From Anthoceros angustus (taxonomy: Eukaryota > Plantae > Anthocerotophyta), in contig MU008149.1 in NCBI GenBank assembly GCA_010909165.1, positions 186,001 through 250,000 on the forward strand: a stretch of DNA of 64,000 bases, written 5' to 3'. Positions within the stretch are counted from its first letter, which is position 1. Every line of letters begins with the position of its first letter. This document shows positions 12,121 to 24,209 of the stretch, one piece after another. A model generated the notes under the pieces. It was not told the origin of the DNA. It worked only from the letters and a program-made list of their open reading frames with translations, and did no database searches. A program made the translations under genes and the position numbers.

Positions 12121-14523
12121 GTGAACATATGTAAGGCAATGCGGCAAAGCAGAGCATCCACACGAGATCATCCTACTCTAAATTTTAACACATGCAACCA
12201 ATGCTCAACTTCAATTGCTTACTTTGCGGAGAAGGTTGAGGCATGCACGCAAGAGGCCTAGTCATCTATGTCGGCGCAATTCTTGCTTGACATTTGCTTC
12301 TTCTTCCCGAATCGAGCTCTCGCTGGTATTGGAAGACATCTTCACAGTTCACATCATTGTCGTCATCACGCACCTTCTGAATTGGCGACCACATAAGCCA
12401 CAATGTCGTAGAGTATAACCACAAATGGCAAATAAAGTTAGCGGCACAGTAGCATCACCTCGGCGTCCTCAACAATGTGCATTGCTAGCAGCATGCTGTG
12501 GGACTAGAACCTTGACGAGCTCGCCCGTGACACCATCATCCGCCAACCTCGCAAATGCTAGCCACTACTATTTTGCTCCTGGTGTCTTCTATCTCTCTCA
12601 CTCTCCGGTACTCTATCCAACGTTGAAGAAGTCGAAGAACTAATTTCACATTTCTTGAAAGGCAAAGCAACAGCGTTGGCACAGCTAATCCCTTGTCGCA
12701 AGAAGTAATGTCAGCACCAAATATTGTTCCCAGAAGGCAGGCATCATTACAGTATCTATTGGATCAGAAAACGGCGGCTCCAATTTATTGTCTGTGACCA
12801 GGGTAAAACGCCGTTTCCATCTTGACCGCTATTGAATTGGGGTTTAATGCCATCCAGACATATGGTGGCACACTATTATAGGCACGGGTCGCTTAGTGTT
12901 ACACCTACCAAGAATGGGCGTAATGACGCCTCCCTCTTCACTGCCCAGTTCGCTCGAAATGCAGCAAGCGCTTGTATAGTTGCAGAACCTAAGTCGCGCT
13001 CCAGCAGTCGATTCGTGCTCCAGCCTCTGAGTCGCCCTCCAACATGTTACCTCAGCAGCTTACCCCAGCAGCATCACTCGCTACGCCAGGAGGATTGGTA
13101 TTTCTATCTTCATCCCTCACCGCTGCTGTATTCGGATAGGCAATTGCGCCCTTGACCCATCTTGTGTGATTTCTGAAAGCACCCATGGCAAGTGGAAGGC
13201 GGAGTAGGAAAGAATTGCCAGACGCCCGCTAGAAGCCTACAGAGGTTGTCGACAAGCCCAAGCGGCATAGAAAACGATGCTCGAAGAAGGAAGAGCAGGG
13301 AGCGCCATTAGCACCTGCCCCTGAGCACGACAGTGGAGGGCGAAGGGTCCCTCAAAGTCTAGTTCTCTCAATTCTGCGAAAGCCAGCACTGCGAAGGGAG
13401 TGCATGGGCCTGGAGAAAAGTTAGGCCTCTCCAAGTCTCAGAAGGTTCCAGCCCTGGATCCCATCCCATCCCCTTATACGTATGAGGAGGCAGTGCAGTT
13501 GCACAGGCACATAAGCCAAGTTGATGAAGTTGTGTTGTTGGAGAAAGACTGGTTGTTCACGCAATATGAGGAACTTGAAGAGGACACAATGGTGTGGACT
13601 GCGTTGTTAAAGCTTTGGATTTTTGGGTTCAATGGTGCTTTGAACAATCAGAGGGCTAGGGTAGGATGGGTTTTGTGGGCTACAATGGATGTGGTTGACG
13701 GTGAACCAGAGTTCCAGGTTTGGTGCACGTGAAGGCCTTACGAAGTGGAAGGGTTGCCACCGACACCGGACAACTGCAATGTCTATGTACTGAGGATGGC
13801 AAACTTTCACGGCAGGAAGTGTGAACCGTATACCCTTTCAAGGAAATTCCTGGATGCCTGGCGAATTCAGAGTGTAAGTGCACTTGGTTCGACTCAAAAC
13901 TCTTGGACAATATCGATTCTTCATTTCATATGCTGATGAAAGTAACACATACCTTGTTCCAAACTTTGTGCAAGCAGGTAGATCATTTTATAGGTGTCTT
14001 TGTTAGGTGATCACAGACTCCATGAAAATTCACCGCCGTGAGATGTCTTTGTGGAGGATGAGGCAGGGCCTTCCACAGTTTGCTTTTACTAATGTCGAAG
14101 AAAAGAAAGCAAAGTTTGGACCTTCAGATGAGGAGGATGGTTCCATTTGGTTAACAGCTAGGACAATCGGACGAGGAAGCCTCCGAAGAACAAGAGGAAG
14201 ATAGGAGAGAAGGTGCTTCTCTGCTTGTTCCAACTATACCATACATTCCTGACGAAGGACCGGAGGAACCCTCCTCTTCACGACAACCAGGAATTGGGAA
14301 GCCCGCAAATCAATTGGTTTGTTTCTGGTTATGATGCGGGGGTAGGGAAGGAGGGGCGCCGGCATTTGTGCCTTCCTAAGGAAGAAGGCACCCTAGCACA
14401 TTGGGTGGTGTACAATCAGAGTCACCACCTCCAACAACTAGTGGTAGTGGGGGGTCCCGGCCACCGAGGGTGAGGAAGCCTCCTGCTGGACCTGGAGAGC
14501 CCTAGACTGACATGTCGGAGGAG

Positions 14524-14685
14524 GAAGGTGTGGATGCGGGGTGATGGCGCCCCCCTTTCCTTCGGGGGTGTGGATGGAGGGCGCCGCCATGTCTCCAATC
14601 CTCCGAAGGTGTGGATGGGGGGCGCCGGCATGCCCCCTCTCCATGGAAGGTGTGGATCTGGGGCGCCAGCATGCTGGCGCCCCTC
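14524..14685. repeat. Four ~40 bp GC-rich tandem units (GGTGTGGAT...GGCGCC...CATG)
   Basis: GTGTGGAT at ~14528, 14568, 14609, 14650. Confidence 0.8.
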
Positions 14686-15159
14686 CTGCAACAGGTGCAG
14701 AGGTAGTGAAGTCCGGGGCCAGGGGGAAGAGGAAGACTTCCTCATCCGACCTAACAGGAGGTGCAAGAAAGGAAAACGTGTCGCACGTCCTTCTGATAGC
14801 AATGACATTCCAACAGTTCATGTGTCCACAGATGGGGAGCGACTGCAGGCGTCTATTTTGGATGAAGATTCCTAATATATAAATGATATATTACTAGTAT
14901 ATTACATATATTTACCTAAAATCTTGGTATTTTATAATTATTTTACATATTATATAAATTAATGTCTTTGTGTTTTATTGAGGGAAAAAACAATGGGGAA
15001 AAACCCATCTAGCATAGGACAATGAAGGTGGATCTCGGGGGTTAAGGTGAAAAAGAGCGACTAAGCCCTTACCTAAAGTTACCTACTGCTCCTAGAACAT
15101 CATATGCAGGAAGAACAAATGGCCTGCAAATGACGGAGGAAGAGGAAGAAGCGTTGCTT

Positions 15160-15560
15160 GCCCCCGCCACCTTGTGAAGGATTGCCGTCGAGATGGCCCT
15201 TTGAAGGGCAATGGAGACTCGCTATCTCAAGTAAACTGTGAAATAAGAAAGGGGCAACCCCACGCCATGCTTGGGGGCGTGGTAGGATTTGGCATAGGAC
15301 TTGAGAAATTGATTGAAGTCCGTAGCCATTGCCCCATACGTTTTGAGTGCGAGCGGAATAAAGAAGTGGCCGGCTTGCATCCCACTATACTTTCTGACCT
15401 TGAGAGCCACAACACGGTGGCAGCTCAACCAAGACAGTTAGTGATAACTTGAGTGAAGATGGTGTCTCGAGCAAGGTCAGTAACCACCACGTCTGCCACC
15501 GAAACTTGGTCATCGTGGACAAAGTACAAGTCAGCCCTGATTGAGGAGCCTGTTCGAAAT
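15160..15560 (-). mobile_element. Non-LTR retrotransposon 3' remnant with restriction-like endonuclease (CRE/R2-group-like)
   Basis: Minus strand, with stop and frameshift: IRADLYF...VADVVVTD..., then KVRKYSG....FIPLALKTYG......QFLK...RVSIALQRA; matches the RLE PD..D...KxxKY...FxPxAxExxG...SIALQR pattern. Confidence 0.72.
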
Positions 15561-17977
15561 GTAAATTACGTAGCCCATGTAATTTTACCAAACTTACAAC
15601 TGTAATAAATTTATAATTTGGTGTAATTTAAGTGTAATAAAAAAAAACCTTACGAACCCCTTACTAAGGGGTATAGGTAATTATACCGTGATAATGTATG
15701 ATTTAAAATAGGTAAATTGTAAAGCTACAAGCCTAGTATGCATATGAAAGCAAAATTGTTTTCAATAATATTATAGTTTTTATTATGAATAAAATTATTT
15801 AATGTATAAATCTGAAAAAAAATTGAAGCACCCCATCCTATCCCCAGGGCTTTTCACAACAAGAGATAGTAACACCCCATCCCCTCTCAATGATGCTTAA
15901 ACGTTCTTATAAATGTGTGTCCATTTGGACCCACGTTTACATGTCACTCGTCGAGGGAGGACGTACCTAGTGTTTTTGACCAAAAGATATTTGGTAACTT
16001 ATCTACTTAAAGGTATTCCAGTTATTAAATATTTTAGGCTATTTGTTTATGTTACCTCCTCAACAGAGAAAGCCAAGAATTTTTCTAGGGTAGAGGAAAA
16101 GGTGGCAAGCTTTATTAATCATTACATAAGGGCCTCGGAAGGAGCGCCAAAGGTTTAGAATGTAAAATAATTTGGCAGGCGGCTCCTTTTGGGCTGTTTG
16201 GATGGCATTGATTGACTGCGTGCGCCGTGGGCCGTGGGCCGTGGGCCGTGGCGCCTCCGAATCGGATGCGCATGGCGCATGCGGCCCAAATGAGGCTGCC
16301 AGTGCGCAGGCCTGCTCCGCAAGGGCAGCGCCTGCTTGAATCATTTTGAATCCTTCCTTCCGACTTTTTCCGCTGACGTCCCATAGACGGCATTGTCACG
16401 GCAACGCCGGGCCGGGCGATGGTCAGCTTCTCCCGTCAGCCTCTCTGACTCTCATTTGCGCGTGCTGCAAGTCACAGCCTCCGATTCCTCACATCCCTGC
16501 CTCCACCTTTATGTCCACCCACATACTCTAATCACCCATTAATCAAGCAAGCAACCAATCCGGCTTACGTCGTCTAGATATCTCGTGGAAACTGGAAAGG
16601 AAGATGCGGTGCTGCTGCTGTGCATTTTTCTATGGGACGATATGCAGGATGGAGCTCTACACGTGGAGCGAGGAGTCTAGGTCTGGAAGGTGGGCTGTTG
16701 CAACAGAACGTGGTGCCTAGAGGGCTGGCGCAGATGCTCTCCCAAGCCGCTCGGTCGACTTTTGCCGTCCAGGCAGTTACGTGCAAAGCTTAAGGGGGTC
16801 CTACATGCCTGCAGGTTTTGCTACACCAGCATGAAGCTGTCCCCGAGAAACAGCAAGCAGCAGGGAGCAGGGAGTCGGGCCATGAATGTAGATATGTATC
16901 TGATACAAAGTGTCATCCAGTTTCCGAGCTTCGCCCATTACTCTTCAAGGTCCGAATCCAGCGTTGACGGGGTGCAGCCATTTCCAGGCCGCACTGCACC
17001 CGTACCGTACAGACCTAGATGGGCTCGCACCTAAGCATAGAGCGCCCACGGACTCCTCTACTCACATGGAATAAAGGCAATCAATTTTGTCTGAGTCAGT
17101 CTCGCTCGCCAGTGCCTTGCAACTGGACTTCTTTCAAAGCAAGTTCTGTCCAGCTTTCCAGCATGGCAGCTTGCACCGGAGTTCCTGAACAAGCAATTAA
17201 TCTTGCTTCCAGCGTTTGCTACACCCTGATGGATAATCATATCGCGAATTGATGTTTAGCAGGCAACGTTCGTCCTCAGAGCAGCGGGGACGAGACTTCC
17301 ATCTTGTTTGAACTGTCTACACACCTTCAATACGTGATAGAATTTCAAGAGGTTGCGTCGAACTGCTGCTGCATCGTCGGATTCCCTCCAGCCTTACACC
17401 ACTAACTGTACATGAAGATCTTCACATTCAGAAGTTCGAAACACACGTCTTCGTAAAATGCTGCTGGACTTCTTGTTGGAAACCGCATTTTTGCCGAGTA
17501 CCATCCATGTACATAAAGTCGCCCTGCTTTCATACGCTGTCTTTGAGCGATCCCTCGGAATGACTTTCGGAAAGTGGGACTAACTAAATAGTTTGTAAGC
17601 ACGAGACAAGTCTGTGATTTAGTTCCTGTACAGATAGACTCTGCATTCTCAGACACATCCTGAGACACGACTTGCAACCGAGTCCAATGCCTTCATATGA
17701 CTCAGGGACTCGGGAGTCACAAGTTAGGACAAATAACACCAGACATTAGCTCCGAAAAAACCCGGAGCAATAGTTCAAAGTTTTCTCACAATTCGTTTAG
17801 AAGGTGCAGACAAATGATTTCTCCACTTCACGGATTGATGGAGCCAGAGCGGCAGGACATGCACCCTTCTACCCCTTGGGAACTGTACTCTAAGGGGGGA
17901 CAGGGAGATGTAATATTCCTCAGCCAAAGGCGTCGAAGACGGTTCCAAGTCATGGTAACTCCGTGAGCCAGACGAGG

Positions 17978-19158
17978 TCATGTGCTTGTCAATAGTGCTG
18001 CCTCCACCTGCCTGATCTTGGAAGCGATGGACAGATCAATGTGTTTGTCCCGGATATCAACCACAAACCCACCGATGATGCTCCTGTCCACCTGTTGCTC
18101 AAGGTGAAGAACTTGACCAGGCTCAAGCCATCCCTTCAACACATCCTTTAACTCTGCAAGCTCTGTATCCGACATTTCCAAGGCAGCTGTGACAGTAGCT
18201 TTGACCTCCCCCTTGTGTGCAATCAGAAGCTCAGAGTAACTGTCCACGGTCTTGTAGATCTCCTTCAGCCGTCCGTATTCTGCTAGAAGATTAAGAAAAT
18301 TCTTGGTGATATCAGAGAACTCTGACTTGCTGAAGCACTCCTGGATTGCCTTCACTCGTCTCTCTGGAGGGACAGAAGGGTCCTTGATGAACTCTGAAAA
18401 CGTTGGGCTGGATTTGGCAGCCTCTACGACCACCTTCAACTCCTTCTCCACGGGCTCCAACATCTGATTTTTGGCAGCGACGACAAACAATGCAGCGGCA
18501 TACTTTCCAGCAACTCCATGTACCTGTATCGGTATCTGCCCTAGTGGAAAACGTCGGCTTCAGAGGATGTCTACCTCATACCACAGGCCACTAAAACAAC
18601 TGCGAAACACAAATGAGAACAAACGAAGGCCAAACCGGAATGTGTTGGTCCGCATCGGAAGCAAATGCTCTTGCCACCTGCATGAATCCAACATGAAAGT
18701 GTTCATTTCCGTGGCAAAGTGCCTGCAAGTCTTCATGACCAACTGCAAAGCTTCAAGACAGCTACAACAGGCCAGCTCCATAAGCCCCGTCGCCAAAACC
18801 AGACCTATGAACAACCGCGCCTGAAGTGCTCAAGGCTATCACTACGCGATCAATCCAACACCCCCTCCTGCTGGGAGCTCAGATCTTCATCTAAGAGACA
18901 TGGCACGACGTTTGGCTGCTCCGCTAGGTTTCCCTGGAGAAATACCGGAAGCGGATGCTGCTTTCCAGGTTCCAGACATCCATGAACCCACTTCATTCTC
19001 CAGAATCCTCCATGCTCTGCTCGTAAGGAGGATCGCAACTTGCAACAAACCAAAGTTAGGTGAACTGAATTACGTGCCTGGAAGGACGACGCGTGCCCCG
19101 CAGTCTGGGCCTGCAAGTGACGCCTCACAGCAGGGAAGGCCCGCCGCAGCGACCACAT
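17978..19158 (-). CDS. ATP5: Mitochondrial ATP synthase OSCP (subunit O/delta); last exons 18677-18636 and 18523-17978, presequence exon from 19158 (intermediate splicing uncertain)
   Basis: VARAFASDADQHIP|VHGVAGKYAAALF...FIKDPSVP...NFLNLLAEYGRL...HKGEVKATVT...VDRSIIGGFVVDIRDKHIDLSI; Arg-rich MWSLRRAF.. presequence. Confidence 0.95.
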
Positions 19159-19351
19159 GGTGCTCCTCCTGAAGCTGGAATGCGCAGTCGGATTCCTTTC
19201 CTCTCCACGCGCACCTCCGTTAATGCTTAGCTCTTTTCACCAAACCCTCCACGGGAGGCACCTCCCCAACTGGAAGGTTGTTCCGAGTTTTTGTTAGCCC
19301 TAACCCCGTTAATAAACGTATGCCGTGGAGCCCATTCGTAGAGACGACGAG
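19159..19351. promoter_or_regulatory. Compact bidirectional promoter/5'UTR region between OSCP and TAD3
   Basis: Divergent ATGs at 19158(-) and 19352(+); telo-box-like AAACCCTC and GCCCTAACCC, site-II-like GAGCCCA. Confidence 0.6.
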
Positions 19352-21671
19352 ATGCAGTGGCGTGTGGTTCACATCCCGGGGCAGCTACGAGATCCGTTGG
19401 CCACAGGTTTGTTGGTTTCTGCGGGTTTTGAGCTGCTGGCAAAGCTAACTCAAGATGATAGCCCTCTGTTCTCTTTGTGGGCAGTTGATGTGCTCGCGGC
19501 TAAGATTGAGCCTAAGGCTGCCAGCATACTTATCAAGTGAGTGTGGGTCTAGCTCCTGTCTCAGTGTAGGATATATTCGATGTCTGTCTGGCAGCTCACC
19601 GACTGTTTGTTTTTCTGTTGTGGCATGTTTTTGATAGGGAACTGAATGCTAAAGCTCCGCTGCTCAGCTTGGGTCACGTAAAGCGAGTAAGAAGAAGATG
19701 CGTGCAAGGTACGCTCTTGAGGTCTGCAAGCCTATTTTAAGTTGTGACTTGTGCACTGTGTTTAGTTCCACTGGACGCTATAGTTTCCTGGTTTTGCAGA
19801 AGTGTGATTAAGGCTGGCTTGCAGGTGGGATCGAGTTGTGCATTATACTCTGTCATGCAGGGGATCAGAATCTAGGCAAGGATTTGCCCGAGGAGGTATT
19901 GGAAGTGGTGAAGGGCCATGGATTGCAACCTTTTTTGGCTGCGGTAAGTAAGCTACTGTAGATTTTCTTAGTGGGTCTGGTTGTAAACGGCTTGTCTGTT
20001 GTCTTCTATGAACAAGTTGAGCCCAACACCTTAGGACCCTGTCCATGAAAAATAGGTTCCAGAGCAGGAAGCAACCACTAAAGAGGAGTGGGGAATGCAA
20101 AATAAAATTTGGCCGACATCATTTCATCCAAACTCGTGGTTGGTGTACTTCAGCTGGCCACATCAAATTCAGTGTTTTTGAACAGTGGTTGGACTTTGTT
20201 ATAGTTGTTGACTAAAAGCTGGCTACTCAGCGCCCGTTTTGGACTAAAGGAAATTGAGGATGGGGAGCTTCAGGAGATTTACAAGTTCATGAGGCTAGCC
20301 ATCCAGCAGGCCCGCCTTGCTCAAAGGTATGGCCAGGTACAGTTTCAGTTTTTGAACTCCACTTTCAGCTGGTAGAAGACGTTCGTCTGCGGACTGGGGT
20401 CCTCAGCCGAATGTTGGGCCTGTCTGATTTGTTGCTTCTGCTGTCATAGCCCCCAAATGGTGTCGTGATTGTGGATCCACAATCTGGTCGGATAATTGCT
20501 GCTGGCCATGATGAGACAAGTCCCTGCCTAGGGCCCATGAGTGAAAGCTTATGCAGAGATGGAAACTCTGCAATCCTAGTGACCAAGGATTCAGGAACCA
20601 CCGGCAGTCAACTTCAAGAGCCTTCAGGCACTCCACAAGGAACAATATCACGTGGCGAGGATGCAGAGGATGTCAAAACTGCTAAACTGGTGCCACTTAT
20701 TCCTCAGTGGCATCCGTTGCGCCATGCGGTCATGGTTGCAATAGAACGAGCCGCCGAAAGGGATTGCACTCTCTTCCCTTCAGGTCAGGTGGCCACAGGC
20801 AATGTCCACGCAATACATCAAGGTTCCAACGAAGAGGATTGTCAGTGTCAGCACTGTACTGATGGGACACTATCAAAGAGACGACGAACTGATCCCTCCA
20901 CTGTAAGCTCACCTTTCTGAAACGTTGTCTATGTTGCTGCTTTGGTATCCTTCTGATCATTTACAACGGTCACAGTGCTCTTTGCAGATAGAGCTGGACT
21001 GCACTTCCGGGAAGGGCCAGGATCCGTTTACTCTTAGGGAGTGCGACATCCCAAAACCTTATCTTTGCACGGGCTATGATGCTTATGTGACTCGTGAACC
21101 TTGTGCAATGTACGCCCTCTTTCTCATTGTTTGCCTTCTCCCACCACCTGCTTGTCTTTGGCGGTCTTGACTTCCCATGGCCTAATCTTTGCACGGGCTA
21201 TGATGCTTATGTGTCTCGTGAACCTTGTGCAATGTACGCCCACTCTCTCATTGTTTTCCTTCTCCCACCACCTGATTGTCTGTGGCGGTCTTGACATCCC
21301 ATGACCTAATTTTTGCACGGGCTATGATGGTTATGTGACTCATTGACTTTTGCAGTGTATGCCCCTCTTTCTCGTCCTTAAACCACGTGGGAGGAGTCGT
21401 GTGGTCTTACTCTCACCTTCTAGTACGATGGCTGCGCGAACTCATGGGAATTTTATGCTGCAGGTGTGCCATGGCTCTTGTGCATCAAAGGGTTCGCAGA
21501 GTTATCTATGGATTTGCAAATGCAAGGTTTGGTGCCTTAGGAAGCAAGTATCGTCTGCACGGGCAGCAAGGCTTGAATCACCGTTACTCTGTCTATCAGG
21601 TTGACATGTCTGCGGAAGATATGCTCAGTGTACATGTGAAACCTGATTTGGTCAGCATGCCACAAACCTAG
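19352..21671 (+). CDS. TAD3: tRNA-specific adenosine-34 deaminase subunit TAD3/ADAT3 (multi-exon)
   Basis: MQWRVVHIP; LGHVKRV; EEW....WPTSFHP; VIVDP; WHPLRHAVM (V in place of catalytic E); YLCTGYD.Y...EPCAM|[16 protein letters not shown]...GALGS.YRLHG..GLNHRY.V. Confidence 0.95.
21057..21375 (+). repeat. 2.5 copies of a 124 bp unit spanning the TAD3 EPCAM exon end and 5' splice site
   Basis: CCT(T/A)AT(C/T)TTTGCACGGGCTATGATG at 21057, 21181, 21305. Confidence 0.93.
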
Positions 21672-22307
21672 GGATGCACCCAAAGTGTGCTCAAAAACAG
21701 AGTTTGTCAAATCCCGAAGGTCCACAATGGTGACTAGATTGTCAATTGATCACGAATATCTTAACTCCTCCGCTTCTGTCCAAACTTGACCGATAGGCGT
21801 TGTCTTCGAAGAAAGTTGTGATGGGAGCAGGGTTTCTCTCTATGTTTGCGTTTTCTTTTTCCTGACATTTTCCTGACGAGTCAGTCCAGGTGCTCTTTCC
21901 AATAAGCCGATGCTTGGTTCCATCCAAGCACTACAGCATCGGCCATGTCCCCGTTCCCCGCAGCACTCATTTCTCAAGGAGCCCCGACGGCTCTCCGTTT
22001 CCATCTCGGTTCTCCCGCACTCGAAAATCCGTAACCGCGCGCTCCGCGTGAGGAATCGCTACAAAGTCTGCCTACAAAGTTCGGCATCAGACACATAACT
22101 ATCGAGTGCTGGCCGGCCACCCAAAGGACGGTTCCCAGCTCAGAGCACAGCGCCAAGAGCATCGCAGGCAAAGAACAGTCGCTGGGTCAACCATGGCCAA
22201 GCTTGGCACATGCATCTCGTCGCTCGCTAAAGTACTCCCAAACTTGGGCATGCGGCTTCGTGCGCTCGTAAACCATTACCAAACTTGGCGCATATAGTCT
22301 CGTCTTT

Positions 22308-23547
22308 ACGGAATTCCTTCTTGAGGCGTTATCCGACGGCTCAGGCGTATGGACGGGCGCCGAGAATGCCTTCCCGGTTCTCGCATCTACAGCTGCTGCA
22401 ACTGCCGGTGCCACATAGCCGACCACGATGACTGCATCTCGAAAGCGCTTCGTGCACTAAGAGGGGGGCCTCCTTTTCGCAAACATTGTCAATGCGAAGG
22501 TGGAGCAGGTGAACATGAAATTGCTCACGACGGGTAGGCACATTGTCGCTGACATCTGCTGTATGAATTGCGAGGAGACTCTGGGAATCGCAGGAATATC
22601 TCAGGAGGGTAAATTTATTGTGGCGAAGGCTGAAGTTATGTGACATCAGCAGCCGGGCAGTGGACTATTTTGTACACATGGTCTCGACAAAGAACTTGCT
22701 TGAGCCAGCCCAGCCATCTCTTTCCCTCCGAATTAGCGTAGAGCAGGATTTATGTTTATCCCAATATCAATTATCAGCCGTTATTGAGGTTTCTGTTGCA
22801 GTTGGGAGCTGCATTTTACCAACTAAAGCAGCATACTTTTCAAAGCATCCCAGCATCCTCACACAATTGTTTACATAAAGAAGAGCAATAGCGTAGTGCT
22901 TTCTTGCGTAGCACATTTGCAGCACACAGTTAAGTATAAAGCGTCTGCCTTGGTACATGGTTTTCTCGACTTCCTCCCACCCCCATTGAGAAACTCCAAA
23001 TTCCCAAATTGAAACTTTTTAGGACAAGGTTTGGGTGCTTGAGAAATCTCCAGCACAAACCCAAGGCATGGCTTCCTCGGCTTCCTCACACCTGAACTGG
23101 GAATTCCAAATTCGTAATTGAAACTTCACAAGACGAGGTTTGGGAGCTTGGGAAAGCTCCAGCACAAACCGCGCCTAGATAAAAAGTGCCTAGTTCCAAT
23201 TCACTCTAGTTCATCTGGTTCCAAATTGTTTCACTTCCGTTAGTTCATGCAGATGCCACAAAATAATCAAATGGTTTTATGCTGCATTATCTAGGTGACT
23301 CATTTCTAGCCGTTCTTAAGCGTTTTAGTTCATCTAGTTTATTGAGACTCCGCAAAATAATCGAATGGCATTATGGCATTGCATTGAGCTAAGACATTTC
23401 TAGCCATTCTTAAGCTAATTCTGAGCATTATGCAACGTTGCATCCAGATGACCGGATTTAAACTGACATTCTTAACCTAATTCAACGAGCCTGCCACGTT
23501 GCATCTAGCTCCCAGCTTAAATCTAGCTGACCTTCTTAACCTAGCTC
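22308..23547 (+). repeat. Second copy of the Yippee-linked dispersed repeat, ending in a CTAG-rich array (..CTTAAATCTAG..CTTAACCTAGCTC)
   Basis: Collinear with 9580-10650; end motif also on minus strand at ~52693-52720. Confidence 0.85.
22349..22643 (+). pseudogene. Intronless Yippee/YPEL-like pseudogene, copy 3
   Basis: RIYSCCNCRCHIADHDDCISKA..(frameshift at G-run ~22462)..LFANIVN...LLTTGRHIVADICCMNCEETLG..(WRYEKAY deleted)..EGKFIVAKA. Confidence 0.88.
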
Positions 23548-23681
23548 GGCGTGAAAGTGTTGGGGAGTTGAAGAAGTTGGCAAATTATGTTGCGTCCAGG
23601 GTTGCCGGTCAGGACTAGGAGGAGGAGGAGGAGGAGAAGAAAAAGAAGAGTTCCGGCTCCTGTAATGGTTCATCTCCAATT

Positions 23682-24203
23682 TCTGTTAGGATTTGGCTGT
23701 CAGATTATCTCTGAGGTTTTGCTATCCTTCCTTTATTAGTAGCTGACCAGAACAGACTCAGCTTATGCTGCTGCAAATGAGAGCTACGCCCCTTAAGGAC
23801 CCAGAACATTTTTTCTTTCTCGCCTGCTGGCAAGTGTGCTATACCTACGCAGAACTGGATGACGTCTCCCTGTGGCTATGCTTCAGTGGAAGGCTATTTA
23901 TTTTACCCACATTTCTGTGTGTCAAATTTGCTTGTTTGGAAATACGTAGCCCCACGTGACCGTGGAGTAATTGCATACAATTTGTTGCCTGGTTTCTGTA
24001 ACTGGGTCAGCTACATGTAAACAAAGCGAAACTGGCAGGCTTGGATGCGGCAAAAATGTCGCACATTTTGGTCAGAGGATGCTTGGGCTCCGTTTCAGCT
24101 ACACAATTTCGTTTCCGAACCGGATCTACAGGAACAAACCTGTGATGTATGTAAATAGCTCTATCTTTGGCTGGAGTGGAGGCTCAACTGCAACAAGTGC
24201 CGC
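23682..24203 (-). pseudogene. Diverged copy of the dynein heavy chain 3' end and 3' flank
   Basis: Collinear with 55753-56360 (CTGTTAGGAT..GGCTGTCAGA, GAGCTACGCCCCTTA, TCGCCTGCTGGCAAG, GGCTATGCTTCAGTGGAAGG, GGCTGGAGTGGAGGCTCAA). Confidence 0.88.
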
Positions 24204-24209
24204 CATGGG

